Shown here: positions 13,440 through 26,739 of the stretch, in pieces
Numbering within the stretch: the first letter of the stretch is position 1
How the letters are laid out: each line of letters begins with the position of its first letter
NCBI RefSeq assembly: GCF_018350175.1
Contig: NC_058368.1
Location: 172,982,001 to 173,046,000 of the forward strand
Length of the DNA: 64,000 nucleotides
Direction: 5' to 3'
Source: Felis catus
Lineage: Eukaryota
Made by a program: the position numbers and the translations under genes
The notes under the pieces: generated by a model
What the model saw: the letters and a program-made list of their open reading frames with translations, nothing else
Databases searched by the model: none
Told to the model about the DNA's origin: nothing

Positions 13440-15134
13440 CATGTCCACTCTAACAACTGTTATCCAACATAGTGTTAGAAGTCCTAGCCTCAGCAATCAG
13501 ACAACATAAAGAAATAAAAGGCATCCAAATTAGCAAGGAGAAAGTCAAACTCTCATACTTTGCAGATGACATGATACTCTATGTGGAAAACCCAAAAGAC
13601 TCCACCAAAAAACTGCTAGAACTGAACAATGAATTCGGCAAAGTCACAAGATACAAAATCAATGTACAGAAATCTGTGGCATTTCTATACACCAATAATG
13701 AAACAGCAAAAAAAGAAATCAAGGAAATCAATCCCAGTTACAATTGCACCAAAAAACGTAAAATACCTAGGAGTAAACCTAACCAAAGAGGTGAAAAAAT
13801 CAAACACTAAAAACTATAGAATGCTTATGAAAGAAATTGAAGACACAAAAAAAAATGGAAAAACATTCCATGCTCATGGATTAGAAGAATATGGTTAATA
13901 TGTCGATACTACCCAAAGCAATCTACATATTCAATGCAATCCTTATCAAAATAACACCAGCATTCTTCACGTAGCTAGAACAATTCTAAAATTTGTACGG
14001 CACATGAAAAGACCCCGAATAGCCAAAGCAATCCAGAAAAAGAAAACCAAAGCTGGAGGCATCACAATTCTGGCCTTCAAGCTGTATTACAAAGCTGGAA
14101 TCATCAAGACAGTATGGTACTGACACAAAAACAGACACATAGATCAATGGAATAGAATGGAGAACCCAGAAATGGACCACAAACATATGGCCAACTAATC
14201 TTTGACAAAGCAGGAAAGAATAGCCAATGGAATAAAGACAGTCTCTTCAGCAAACAGTGTTGGGAAAACTGGACAGCTACATGCAGAAGAATGAACCTGG
14301 ACTACTTTCTTGCACCATACATAAAAATAAACTCAAAATGGATTAAAAACCTAAATGTAAGACAGGAAGCCATCGAAAAAATCTAGAGTAGAAAACAGGC
14401 AACAACCTCTTTGACCTCGGCTGCAACACCTTCTTACTTGATGGTCTCCAGAGGCAAGGGAAACAAAAAATGAACTATTGGGACCTCATCAAAATAAAAA
14501 GCTTCTGCACGGCAAAGGAAACAATCAACAAACCTAAAAAGCAACCAACGGATTGGGAGAAGACATTTGCCAATGACATATTAAAGAGTTAGTATCCAAA
14601 ATCTCTAAAGAATTTATCAAACTCAACACCCAAAAAACAAATAATTCAGTGAAACACCCAAAAAACAAATAATTCAGTGAAACAAGACATGAAGAGACAC
14701 TTTTCCAAAGAAGACATCCAGATGGCCAACCAACACATGAAATGATGCTCAACATCACTCCTCATCAGGGAAATACAAATCAAAACCACAATGAGATACC
14801 ACCTCACACCTGTCAGAATGGCTAAAATGAACAACTCAGGCAACAACAGATGTTGGCGAGGATGCGGAGAAAGAGGAACCCTTTTGCACTGCTGGTGGGA
14901 ATGCAAACTGGTGCAGCCACTATGGAAAACAGGGTGGAAGTTCCTCAAAAAATTAAAAATAGAACTACCCTACAACCCAGCAATTGGACTACTAGGCAAT
15001 TATCTAAAGGGCACAGGAGTGCTGTTTCAAAGGGGCACATGCATCCCAATGTTTATAGCAACACTATCAACAATAGCCCAAGTATGGAAAGAGCCCAAAT
15101 GTCCATCAACTGATGAATGGATAAAGAACATGTG

Positions 15135-15136
<2 letters not shown>

Positions 15137-15181
<45 letters not shown>
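15137..15181. repeat. (CA)n microsatellite inside L1
   Basis: About 22 uninterrupted AC units. Confidence 0.95.
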
Positions 15182-15186
<5 letters not shown>

Positions 15187-18100
15187 GAATATCAGTTGGT
15201 GATCAAAAACAATGAAATCTTACCATTTGCAACAATGTGGATGGAACTAGAGTGTATTACGCTAAGTGAAATTAGAGAAAGAATTATCATGACTTCACTC
15301 ATATGTGGAATTTAGGATACAAAACAGGCGAACATAAGGGAAGGGAAGCAAAAATAATATAAAAACAGGGAGGGGAATAAACCCTATGAGACTCTTAAAT
15401 ACAAAGAAAAAACTGAGTGTTGCTGGAGGGGTTTTGGCTGGCGGGATGGATAAATGGGCAAGGGGCACTAAGAGGACATTTGGCTGGGATGAACACCGGG
15501 TGTTACATGTAAGTGATGAATCACTAAATTCTATTCCTGAAATCATTACTACACTATATGTTAGCTAACTTGGATGTAAATTTAAATAATTTTCTAAAAA
15601 GGAACACAACAGAAAAAATAAAATAACAATAATATTGTTTTGCATATTTAAAGGTTGCTAAGGGAATATATCTTAGACCTCATCACAAGACAGACTTCTT
15701 GTAACTATGTGTGGTATTAGGTGTTAACTAGAGTTGTTGTGGTGATCATTTAGCAATATGTATAAATATGAAATCATGTATTGTACACCTAAAAATAATA
15801 TAATATGTCAACTCCACCTCAATAAACTAGATGAATAAAAATAATAATAATAAAATAAATGCACGTGTGTTTTTCAAAGCCCTTTTAAAATGTTTTGTAT
15901 CACCTGAATCTCAGAAACAACCAGGTAAGTAAGGTAGGCGGCACACGTTTTATTATCTCATAACTTCACACAAGAAAAGAGAGGCTCAGAGTGACATTGC
16001 CAGAGGTCAAGAGCCTTTTAGCAAAAAGCAGGAATTAGTGGCCAGTATCTTTTGACCCCCTACTCCACCACACCAAGGGCAAAAGAAAGGTGTAAACTAG
16101 AGTACTTGAAGTCTCCTCCAGCCAATCCTCTCTACCTTGGCAGAGGGAGTCAGAACTCAGTCGGTTAACTTTTGGTTTGATGAAAAGGGGACCTGGAACC
16201 GAGGGAAGCAAATCTAGCAAGGAATAATAGATAAATGATCTCTGGCAGCATTACAGTTTTAGCCTGTGGCAAACAAGGCAAAGGACTAAAAATTACTGTG
16301 TAAAAGTTAATTGTTACTGAGTAACTAAGAAATGACCCTTGCTTATTGGCTAGAACCCAAGAACAATAGATCAAATAGAAAGCCTAGACAATAGACCAAA
16401 GGAAACTGCTGAAGTCTTGGAAAAGGACAGAGGAAAAACAGAGAGTCCAACAAGAAAGCCAGAAAGAAGAACTAGAAAGCTGGAAAGCTGCTAGTTTGGT
16501 TGTAGAAACTGGTACACTGAGGACCATATGGTAAGGTTGGGGCTAGGTGACCATCAGCAGAAGCCCAGCCTTGAGAAAGGAAGCCAAATACCCAAGTACT
16601 TAGACACCCAAGTACCATAAACTGCTAAGAACATCCACACATTCTATTCCCTTTGAAACGTCATACTGATAATGAGGCAGGTATTAATTACTATCTCCTT
16701 GTTGTTGTTAAGTATAGAATCTGAGGCTCAGAAATGGGAAATCCCAAATGCCAAACAAAGCCATACTTGTGCTCTGTTCGATTACATTCTTTCCACTATG
16801 TACAGGGGAAAAAAAGATTGTAACATTAGTCTGTTTCAGCCTTTAGTACCTGTAACTGCACTTAATGGCACAACTGTGACCATACTCTCATTCAATGAGA
16901 AAATTCTGTTTACAAACTCTCATCAAGCAAATTTTTCTCACAACACCTTTACACTATAATGCAACTAACGGTAGATGCCCCTGGTCTCTTCAAAACAGAC
17001 ACATCATACACATCTGTGCTCTTTACTGTACTTCTTTACCTAGGTCAAAGCCAATTAATGTTGTTAAAAGGTAAGTCACCATTGAGTAATACTAAACTGG
17101 AGATTAGAGTTAGCTTACATTTAAAACAAAGACATTTTCAGGGGGTGCCTGGGTGGCTCAGTTGGTTAAGCGGCCAACTTCGGCTCAGGTCATGATCTCA
17201 TGGTCCGTGAGTTCGAGCCCCGCGTCGGGCTCTGTGCTGACAGCTCAGAGACTGGAGTCTGTTTCACATTCTGTGTCTCCCTCTCTCTGACCCTCCCCCG
17301 TTCATGCTCTGTCTCTCTCTGTCTCAAAAATAAACGTTAAAAAAAAAAAAATTTTTTTTAAAAAGACATTTCCAGAAAACAATAAAACAATTTATACACA
17401 GCCTTTTGCGAAATAAATAAATAAATAAATAAATAGATAGATAGCTAGCTAGCTAGCAATCTGGGGCGCCATGGTAGCTCAGTCAGTTGGGTGTCTGACT
17501 TCAGCACAGGTCATGGTCTCACAGTTCGTGGGTTGGAGCCCCACATCCAAGCCCTCGTTTTGGGTCCTCTGTTCACTTCTCTGCCTCTCCCCTGCTCACA
17601 TTCTCTCTCAAAAATAAACATTAAAAAAATTTTTTTTTATTTAAAAACGAACAACTTTTATTAGCCATTTACCTAAACTTTACCTGTGCCTTTAAAAAAG
17701 CAAAATGATGCTGACACTTAAGTGATTTCCTTAAGACAAAAAGACTAGAACATCCCATCTTCTGTTCTAATGCCTTTTCTCAAAAACAATGTTGTTTTTC
17801 CAGTCATAATATCATATATCCCCGATCCCTCTTGCACAATAGACAAGTCCAGGACACAGGGAATTTTTTTTTTTTTTTTTAAGTAGGCTCTACTCCCAAC
17901 ATGGGGCTTGAACTCATGACTACAATATCAAGAGTTGCATGCTCTACCTACTGAGCCAGCCAGGCCCCCAGGACACAAGAATTTAGGCAGAGGCTGTGGT
18001 GCTCAACAAAACTAGGTATGAAGCAATCTTGACACTAACACTTGCTGACTGTAAATTCAGACAAGTTATTTAACTTCTCTGAACTTCAAGTCCTTCACTT

Positions 18101-19587
18101 GTAAAATGGAGATAATATATTTAGAAATAAATTTCTACACAGGGTCTGGCACAGTTCCAGTATAAGACACTCAATAAGCTATTGGCACACATTACTTTTG
18201 AAATTCACCCACAACTCATGATTCAAATAACTGATCATCTTAAATCAAAGATGAGCTTTGGGGGGTATCTGGGTGGCTCAGTAGGTTAAGCACCCGACTC
18301 TTGATTTTGGCTCACGTCATGATCATCTCACAGTTCATGAGATCGAACCCTGCATCGGGCTCTGCACTGACAACACAAAGCCAGCTTGAGGTTTTCTCTC
18401 TATGCCCCTCCCCAACTCATGGGTGCACACGCTCTCTCTATCAAAACATATAAACGTTTAAAAAAAAAAAAAAAAAAAAGATGTTTGCCTGAATGGTTTA
18501 GTCGGTTAAGCGTCCAACACTTGATCTCAGGTCAGGGCATGCATGATCTCACGGTTCATAAGATAGAGCCCCACCTTAGGCTCTGTGCTTATCATGGAAC
18601 CTGCTTGGGATTCTCCCTCCCCCTCTCTTGACCCCCCTCTCTGCCCCTCCCCTCCGCACAATCTCTCTCTCAAAACAAACAAACTTAACAAAGAAAAAAA
18701 AGAAAAAAGAAAGAAAAAAAAATAATAAGCTTTGGTCATTGAGACAGTTACTCCACTTTAGGGTCTGTGTACCTCACCTGTGCCAGGCCTCTGATGTCCC
18801 TCCAAGGCTGGTCCAAACCAGTTATTGCCTCAGCAGGAAGAATACAAGAGAAGGAGATAACTCACAAGAACAAGAGAGGGGGTTTATTTTGTATACCGTT
18901 TTGTTTTTTTAATTTGAGGGAGTCCATTTAAGAAACTAAACCATAACAAACCTACAAAATATCACTTTTGTTCACTGACCACCAGGCTAAACTAGGCCCT
19001 AGGCTACAGAGATGATTAAGACATAATATCTCCCCAACCCCAGCCAAAAACACAGTGAGACATCTCCCTCAAAAAACTAAATCTAGCTCAAGATTTGAAT
19101 CTGTTCTCCAACTATACAATACACCAGTCTTAATTTGAATTAGATGCTCAATTACAGGGCGTGACCTTCAAATAAACAGTGATGATAATTCAGGTGTTGT
19201 GAAGGCCCTACAAGAGTGTCCATTCCCTAGAATCAGAGGTGTACAATCTTGTGCAGTTAATTCCCTTTGAGCTCATCTATAAAATGAATGTAATACCAAT
19301 CTGCTATTAGTCCCTGGTTAAGTACTGTCAGAATTACTATTAAGTATGCAAAAATATATAGGGTGTAGCACTTTCATCAATATGCCAGGCACATTAAGCC
19401 TGTATGAGAACAAAGTTTCTTATTGAGTCAAAACCAATTCCAATACAACCTAAAGTAAATTAATCTGTTTACCTTTGATTACTAATACAGCTTATAACTG
19501 ACTAAATAGAGATTAACTTTGCAATCGGCTAAAGATATAAAAAATAGGGGTGCCTGAGTGGCTCAGGCAGTTAAGCCTCTGACTCTT

Positions 19588-19815
19588 TTTTTTTTTTTTA
19601 ATTTTTTTTTTTCAACATTTATTTATTTTTGGGACAGAGAGAGACAGAGCATGAACGGGGGAGGGGCAGAGAGAGAGGGAGACACAGAATCGGAAACAGG
19701 CTCCAGGCTCTGAGCCATCAGCCCAGAGCCCGACGCGGGGCTCGAACTCACAGACCACAAGATCGTGACCTAGCTGAAGTCGGACGCTTAACCGACTGCG
19801 CCACCCAGGCGCCCC
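19588..19815 (-). mobile_element. Young feline CanSINE nested antisense in an older CanSINE (19547-20020, +)
   Basis: Perfect TSD AAGCCTCTGACTCTT at 19573-19587 and 19816-19830. The host SINE resumes after it. Confidence 0.93.
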
Positions 19816-20037
19816 AAGCCTCTGACTCTTGGTATTGGCTCAGGTCATGATCTCACAGTTTATGGGTTCAAGCCCCGTGTAGGACTCCACATTGGCAGTA
19901 TGAAGACTGGTTGGGATTTTCTCTCTCTCTCTCTCTCTCTCCCCCCCTTCTCTGCCCCTTCCCAGCTCACTCGCTCTCTTTTTCAAAGTAAATAAACTTA
20001 ATAAATAAAAATAAAGATATAAAAAATAATTACTCAT

Positions 20038-20192
20038 GAGACTCTTAAACACTGAGAACAAATTGAGGGTTGATGGGGGGTGGGAGGGAGGGGAGGGTGG
20101 GTGATGGGTATTGAGGAGGGCACCTTTTGGGATGAGCACTGGGTGTTGTATGGAAACCAATTTGACAATAAATTTCATATATTGAAAAAAAA
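20038..20192 (+). mobile_element. 3' UTR-only young feline L1 insertion
   Basis: Nearly identical to ~9127-9270, with A tail and flanking ATAATTAC(T/C)CAT repeats. Confidence 0.88.
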
Positions 20193-20260
20193 TAATAATT
20201 ACCCATATTCTTGTATTCATAATTACTCATAAATAATGACTTTATTTAAAAAGCATAATT

Positions 20261-20493
20261 GGGGCGCCTGGGTGGCTCAGTCGGTTAAGCGGCCGACTTC
20301 AGCTCAGGTCATGATCTCGCGGTCCGTGAGTTCCAGCCCCGCGTCAGGCTCTGTGCTGACAGCTCAGAGACTGGAGCCTGTTTCACATTCTGTGTCTCCC
20401 TCTCTCTGACCCTCCCCGTTCATGCTCTGTCTCCCTCTGTCTCAAAAATAAATAAACGTTAAAAAAAAATTTTTTTTTAAACAAAACAAAACA
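20261..20493 (+). mobile_element. Feline CanSINE of a second young subfamily (similar copies at ~17141, ~23596, ~27923)
   Basis: Diagnostic GCGGCCGACTTC and TGACCCTCCCCGTTCATG. TSD AAAAAGCATAATT at 20248-20260 and 20494-20506. Confidence 0.9.
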
Positions 20494-21424
20494 AAAAAGC
20501 ATAATTAATTATAACACTATACCTGGACATTTAAATAACTAAAAGAACTTTCCTTCCAAGAAAAGCACTATAAAAATGATAGGGAATTTTTACATAGTTT
20601 GAAATTAGTTTTTAAACACTTAAAAATATATATCTCAGGGGCACCTGGGTGGCTCAGTCGGTTTTAAGGGTCCAACTCTTGGTTTCAGCTCAGGTCATAA
20701 TCTCATGGTTCACAAGTTCAAGCCCTCTGTTGGGCTCTATGCTGAAGCACGGAGCCTACTTGGGATTCTCTCTCTTCCTCTCTCTGCCCCTCCCCGCCCT
20801 CGCAAAATAAACAAACTTCTTCTCAAAAGTATGTGTGTGTGCGTGTTTATATATATTTACATATATATATCAGGGGTGCCTGGATGGCTGAGTTGGTTGG
20901 GCATCAAACACTTTTTTTGTTTTAAATGCTAACCAATTTGGATGCACAGCTTTTGTTTTATTTTATTTTATTTTTGAGAGAGAGAGCACAAGTGGGGAAG
21001 TGGCAGAGGGAGGGGGGACAGAGGACCAGAAATGGGCTCTGTGCTGAGAACAGGGGCCCAATGTAGGGCTCAAATTCACAAACCGTGAGATCATGAACTT
21101 GGAGATCATGACCCTTTGACATCTACCCAAGCTGGTCCCTCTGCCAAAAATGCTCTTTCAATTCTTTTATCCCACTCCCACCCTCTCAGACCCTTTTATA
21201 CTCAAGTTAACTTTTTTTTTAACGTTTATTTTTTTAAGATAGCGCCAGCAGGGGAGGGGCAGAAGGAAAGGGGGACAGAGGATCCTAAGTGGGCTCTCAC
21301 AGACTCTGCGCTGAAAGCAGTGAGCCCAATGTGGGGCTCAAATTCACGAGCCCAAGATGAGCGCTCAACTGACGGGAGTTACCTAGGCGCCCCCAAGGTA
21401 ACTCTTAACTCAATCTTTGGATCC

Positions 21425-21700
21425 CAGTCTCTATGTCACTTTCTTAGGGAAGCCTTCCTGAACACTAAACCAATTCAGGGCTCCTGGGAATACATGCTCA
21501 AAGTTCCTTAACACTTCTCTTCCTATCCTAGGTTTAACTGCAATTATGTAACTATTATGGGATGACTTGTGTAATGTTTTCTCCACACCCTGGACTGAAG
21601 ATCCATGAGGACTAACCATGTATGTTTTGCTCATTACTGTACTTCCAGACTTCAAACAGTGTCTGGCACACTGTTAATGCTGAGTATTCATTGAAAAACA
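21425..21700 (+). mobile_element. L2 3' end fragment
   Basis: GGGAAGCCTTCCTGA ... ACAGTGTCTGGCACACTG..ATGCTGAGTATTCATTGAA, resembling the L2 terminus. Confidence 0.6.
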
Positions 21701-23181
21701 AATAAATACAAAGAGCAAAAACATAAGGAAATGTTGTAAATGTGAAAGTGTTTATCTTCCACTTCAATCCCTAGAACATAAGTTAACTTTTTTTTTATGT
21801 TTATTTTTGAGAGAGAGAGTAAGCGGGGGAGAGGCAGAGAGAGAGGGATAGAGAGAATCGCAAGCAGGCTCTGCACTATCAGTGCCAAGCTCCACGTAGT
21901 GCTTGAACCCACAAACCGTGAGATCATGACCTGAGCTGAAACCAATGAGTAGGATGTTCAACTGACTGAGCCACCCAGGCACCCCAAAGCAACGTTAAAT
22001 ACACCTAGGTGAGAAAACACAGCATGCAATGCAAAGGGAAAGTTTAAATGCACAAAGCTAAAAAGTATCCCTTGGAAATGTCACATTAAAAACCACAGCC
22101 AAAGGACACTTCGTCCTCCAGTTGCTGGTAATCTACTAGAAATATTCCAGAAACTTAACTAGTGTCTTTGGGTGGAATAAGGGTTGAGTCACACACAGAG
22201 GTTAAGTGCTAAGAGATATGGAGGGGACTAGGAAAAAAACAGTATATTCCATAGTCGATCCACACTGCTTAGATTCTCAAAGCTAAACCTACTGGATTTA
22301 TGGAACTTCTGTATCTAAAGTTTCTGGTGGAGGCACCTGGGTGGCTCAGTCAGTTGAGTGTCCAACTCTTGGGTTTGGGCTCAGATCATGACTGCAAAGT
22401 TCCTGACATGGAATCCTGAGACAGGCTCTGCATTGACAACACAGAGCCTGCTTGTGATTCTCTATCTCCCTTTCTCTCTGCCCCTGCCCCCACTCAACCA
22501 CTCACTTTCTCTAAATAAACTAGAAAAAAAATTTAAGTTTCTGGTGAACAAGTAGGATCAAATACCAACTTAACAAAAGATCAAAGAGCCAACTTAGCAA
22601 ACTTACTGAGTCAATAAGTATGTTGAACTGATTAGTGACATGTATAATTTGAAAAACCCAATGGTTGGGGTCCAGTATTTGAATTTTAAAAGAAAAGTCT
22701 TGGAGTGCCTGGGTGGCTCAGTAGGTTAATCATACTTTGGCTCAGGTCATATCTCACAGTTCCTGAGTTAACACAGAGCCTGCTTCAGATCCTCTTTCTC
22801 CCTCTGTTCTTCATTCTTCCCCCGCCCCAAATAAACATTAAAAAAAAGAAGAAAAGAGAAAGAAAAATCGTGAAACTTTAAAAACTGAGACCAAGATGAA
22901 TCTCAGGCAGAGAGGAAAATAACGTGTGAGAGAACATTCTACTATGTGCCAAGCCTTTCCCATATATAATGAAACAGAATCGGGGTGCCTGGGTGGCTCA
23001 GTCAGTTGAGCATCTGACTCCGGCTCAGGTCCTGATCTCATGGTTCATGGGTTCAAGCCCCACATTGGGCTCTGTGCTGACAGCTTGCTCAGAGCCTGGA
23101 GTCTGCTTCGGATTCTTTGTCTCCTTCTCTCTGCCCCTCCTCTGCTCACACTCTGTGTCTCTCTGTCTCTCAAAAATAAGT

Positions 23182-23326
<145 letters not shown>

Positions 23327-24712
23327 CAGAATAAAAAACCATGGTAGGTAGGTATTACCTGCATATACTATTGAGAAACCCCAGAGAGTTTCCACTAGGA
23401 TATCATTAATTGCCAAGTTCAACCCTAACTGATCCCAAAGTCTGGGTATCTAGCTGGGCTCTGGACTAAGTTCTGGAGTTAAAAGAATCCTCAGATCACC
23501 ACCAAAGGCTTTTTGGCAAAATACAAAAAACAAATTTTTTAATGGTCCTAACTTCTTCCAACATGATTTATACTTTACAAAAATGAGTACTTCCAGGGGC
23601 GCCTGGGTGGTTCAGTCAGTTAAGCATCCGACTTCGGCTCAGGTTATGATCTTACAGTCCCTGAGTTTGAGCCCCGCATCGGGCTCTGTGCTGACCACTC
23701 AGAGCCTGGAGCCTGTTTCAGATTCTGTGTCTCCCTCTCTCTGTGACCCTCCCCCGTTCATGCTCTGTCTCTCTCTGTCTCAAAAATTAATAAACGTTAA
23801 AAAAAAATTTTTTTTAATATTTTCAGATTTAAAAAAAAATTGGGGGGGACGGGGGGCAGGGTCCCTGGGTGGCTCAGTCAGGCGTCCAGTCCAACTTTGG
23901 CTCAAGTCATGATCTCATGGTTCGTGGGTTCAAGCCCCACATCAGGCTCTGTGCTGACAGCTCGGAGCCTGGAACTTGATTTCGATTCTGTCTCCCTCTC
24001 TCGCTGTCCCTCCCCTGTTCGTGCTCTCTCTGTCTCTCTGAAAAATAAATTTAAAAACACTAAAAAAAATTTTTTTGAACATTTATTTCGGCGGGGGGGG
24101 GGGGGGGGAATGGGGGATACACGTGCTCACAACTGGGAAAGGGCCAGAAAGAGGGAGGCAGAGGATCTGAAGCAGGCTCCACACAGTGAGCAGAGAACCC
24201 AACTCAGGGCTCAAACTCACAAACTGAAATTAGGACCTAAGCAAAAATCAAGAGTCTGCTGCTTAACTGACTCAGCCACCCAGGTGCCACAAGTACTCCC
24301 TGATTTTTACTGTGCTAATCAGCAAAAGTAATGACAAAAGCCAATTTAAAATTTTTTGGTTAGGGGCGCCTGGCTGGCTCAGTTAGAACAGTGCATAATT
24401 CTTGATCTTGGGGTCATGAGTTCGAGTCCACATTGAGTGTAGAGATTAAATAAATAAAACTTAAAATATACATATATATTTTTTTTTTCCAGTTAAATGC
24501 AGACATCATTATACTGGATATACAATCATAAAAACTGATAGAATAATCTAATACTAAATTATTTCTTCAATTTCCTCCTCAATTCAAAACACTGTGAAGT
24601 CACTGAAATGAAGAAAGGTAGAATTTTCTCATTTCAATGTTTCATTCACCAATAAACCTTGCTATAAAATGCAGACAGGATGTATCCCTTGCCATTCTAA
24701 AGATTAATTCTT

Positions 24713-24867
24713 GGGGCGCCTGGGTGGCTCAGTCAGTTAAGCGGCCAACTTCGGCTCAGGTCATGATCTCGTGGTCTGTGAGTTCGAGCCCTGTGTCGGG
24801 CTCTGTGCTGACATGCTCTGTCTCTGTCTCAAAAATAAATAAACATTAAAAAAAATTAAAAAAAAAA
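24713..24867 (+). mobile_element. CanSINE with an internal deletion of about 60 bp
   Basis: TSD AAAGATTAATTCTT at 24699-24712 and 24868-24881. Junction GCTGACA|TGCTCTG with CA microhomology. Confidence 0.85.
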
Positions 24868-25898
24868 AAAGATTAATTCTTTAAAACTTTACCCTGCATG
24901 TTTAAACGACACACAAAGTATCCTTTTTCCATGAGGTTTAAATGATACATCACTATTGTAGTCAAAAGCTTTAACATTTGCCCAAGAAAAAAAAAATCTC
25001 TAAACGCAATTTTCAAAATGCGATTACTTTATGTAACTCATGTATGTATTCAAATTATCTTTCTACTCACCACAGAAATTACAGGAAATTAACCCTAATA
25101 TCTTTTGTGATCACATTTGTGATAATACAACCCAAACAAAATCTACAAAATAAATATATACAAACTATACTCTGATGAGCTAAAAGGAAGATAACTATTT
25201 TGGGCAATGGTGCCCTGACTGTATAATAATTTTCTCCAACTGATTCAGTCTCTCACAGGTCCCTAGTTATTTTCTTTTTACATCTCTGAAACACGAACCT
25301 AGCTTTCCTCTCTGCAGGAGGGCCAAGATGAGAAATGACTTAGATATTTATAGAATACTCACTATAATTATATAATTGTACAATAGAATATAATTTATAT
25401 AATTTGTATATTTGCAAATTATATTTACAGAATACTTATATTCATTCCTCCTGAAGTGATCACTATTTACCTGCTTACCAGAGACTGTGCCAGGCCTCAA
25501 GGATACAAAATAAAGATAGTTTAACAAACACAAATCCCAAACTTGAAGTCCTAAGTTTAGTGGAGGATACAGGAATAATAATCAAAATGTATTATAAAAC
25601 ATGCTGTAACAGTATTATGGAAACTCCAAAGGACTTTTTACCCTCCTTGCTGAAAATCAAGAAGAAACGCTGACCAAAATGACATGAGAGTATCAGACTA
25701 CCTATAAATATCCTCCCCGTTAACTAGAAAAGTTGTCATCGTAGTTAATTTAACTACCAAATTACCATCTCCATTCATTAAAACTTAAAATATTAGATGT
25801 GCTTAAGAGCAAATAATATTTTGATATACACACCAGAACTTGACAAGCAGGTATTGTCCTTACAAAGCCATTTAATAACTCCGGGATGACATACACAA

Positions 25899-26400
25899 GA
25901 GGTTGATAAATTTTTTCTGTTAAGGGCTGGATAGTAAATATTTTACTCTATAAGACATACAGTCTTTTTCCCAACTACTTAACTCTCATCATAGCACAAA
26001 AATAGCCATAAACAACACTTAAAAAAACCATGTTCCAACAGAACTTTGTATATATTGTTATGGAAATCTGATATTTTAACATGTTACAAAATATTTTTTC
26101 CTCCTACCCTTTCAAAAATGTATAAGCTATTTTTTTTTAAGTTTATTTATTTTGAAAGAGAGAAAGCACACAGGGGGAAGGGGCAGAGAGAGAGGTAGAG
26201 AGACAGAGAGACAGAGAGAATCCCAAGCAGGCTCTGAGCTGTCAGCACAGAGCGTGACTAAGGGCTTGATCTCATGAACCATAAGGTCATGACCTAAGTC
26301 GAAATCAAGACTCAAACTTTTAACCAACTGAGCCACCCAGGCACCCCTAAAAGCTATTCTTGGTTCATGAACTGTTACAAACACAGGTGGTTTGCCAAAC
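25899..26400 (+). mobile_element. MER58B-type hAT-Charlie element, split by an antisense CanSINE (~26130-26348)
   Basis: TTTTTTCTGTTAAGGGCTGGATAGTAAATATTTTA..CAACTACTTAACTCT..ATAGCCATAAACAA..TGTTCCAACAGAACTTT..ACAGGTGGTTTGCC. Confidence 0.75.
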
Positions 26401-26739
26401 ACTACCACTAAGAAGTGAACTCTACAGATCACATGATAAATATCATTCATGTTAATTTCAAGTCACATTTAGAACCTAAACTGTTATCTATTTAACTTCT
26501 TCACCAGCTAAAGCAGCAACTTCTGAAAACAGTTGCAGAAAATAAGTTCCAAAATTTTAAGCAGAGGTTGCCACAGCTACGTGTCTAGAGCAACATCAGA
26601 AGAAACAAGTAAATAGACAATTCCAAGGGTCTCACCACAAAAAATAGAACATAAACAGAGAAAAAACTATCACAAGCAACTATCAAAACAGGGTAAACTA
26701 CTGAACTACTGGGTAACCAAGCAAATATATAATAAAAAT

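Larger units (their letters stand above)
13181..15853 (+). mobile_element. 5'-truncated L1 (RT to 3' UTR, frameshifted) with an extra 3' segment
   Basis: [18 protein letters not shown] (RT) and [38 protein letters not shown] at 13164-13180 and 15854-15870 (one CpG-type mismatch). Confidence 0.92.

Noticed and set aside
14625..14680. 28-bp perfect tandem duplication (similar small duplications near 5194, 27618, 31690 and 37818)
   Set aside because: Local slippage or repair duplications within dead repeats. No spacers, so not CRISPR-like.
15923..15931. Perfect donor CAG|GTAAGT on +
   Set aside because: Antisense to NSD1, in MIR-like sequence, with no associated exon evidence.
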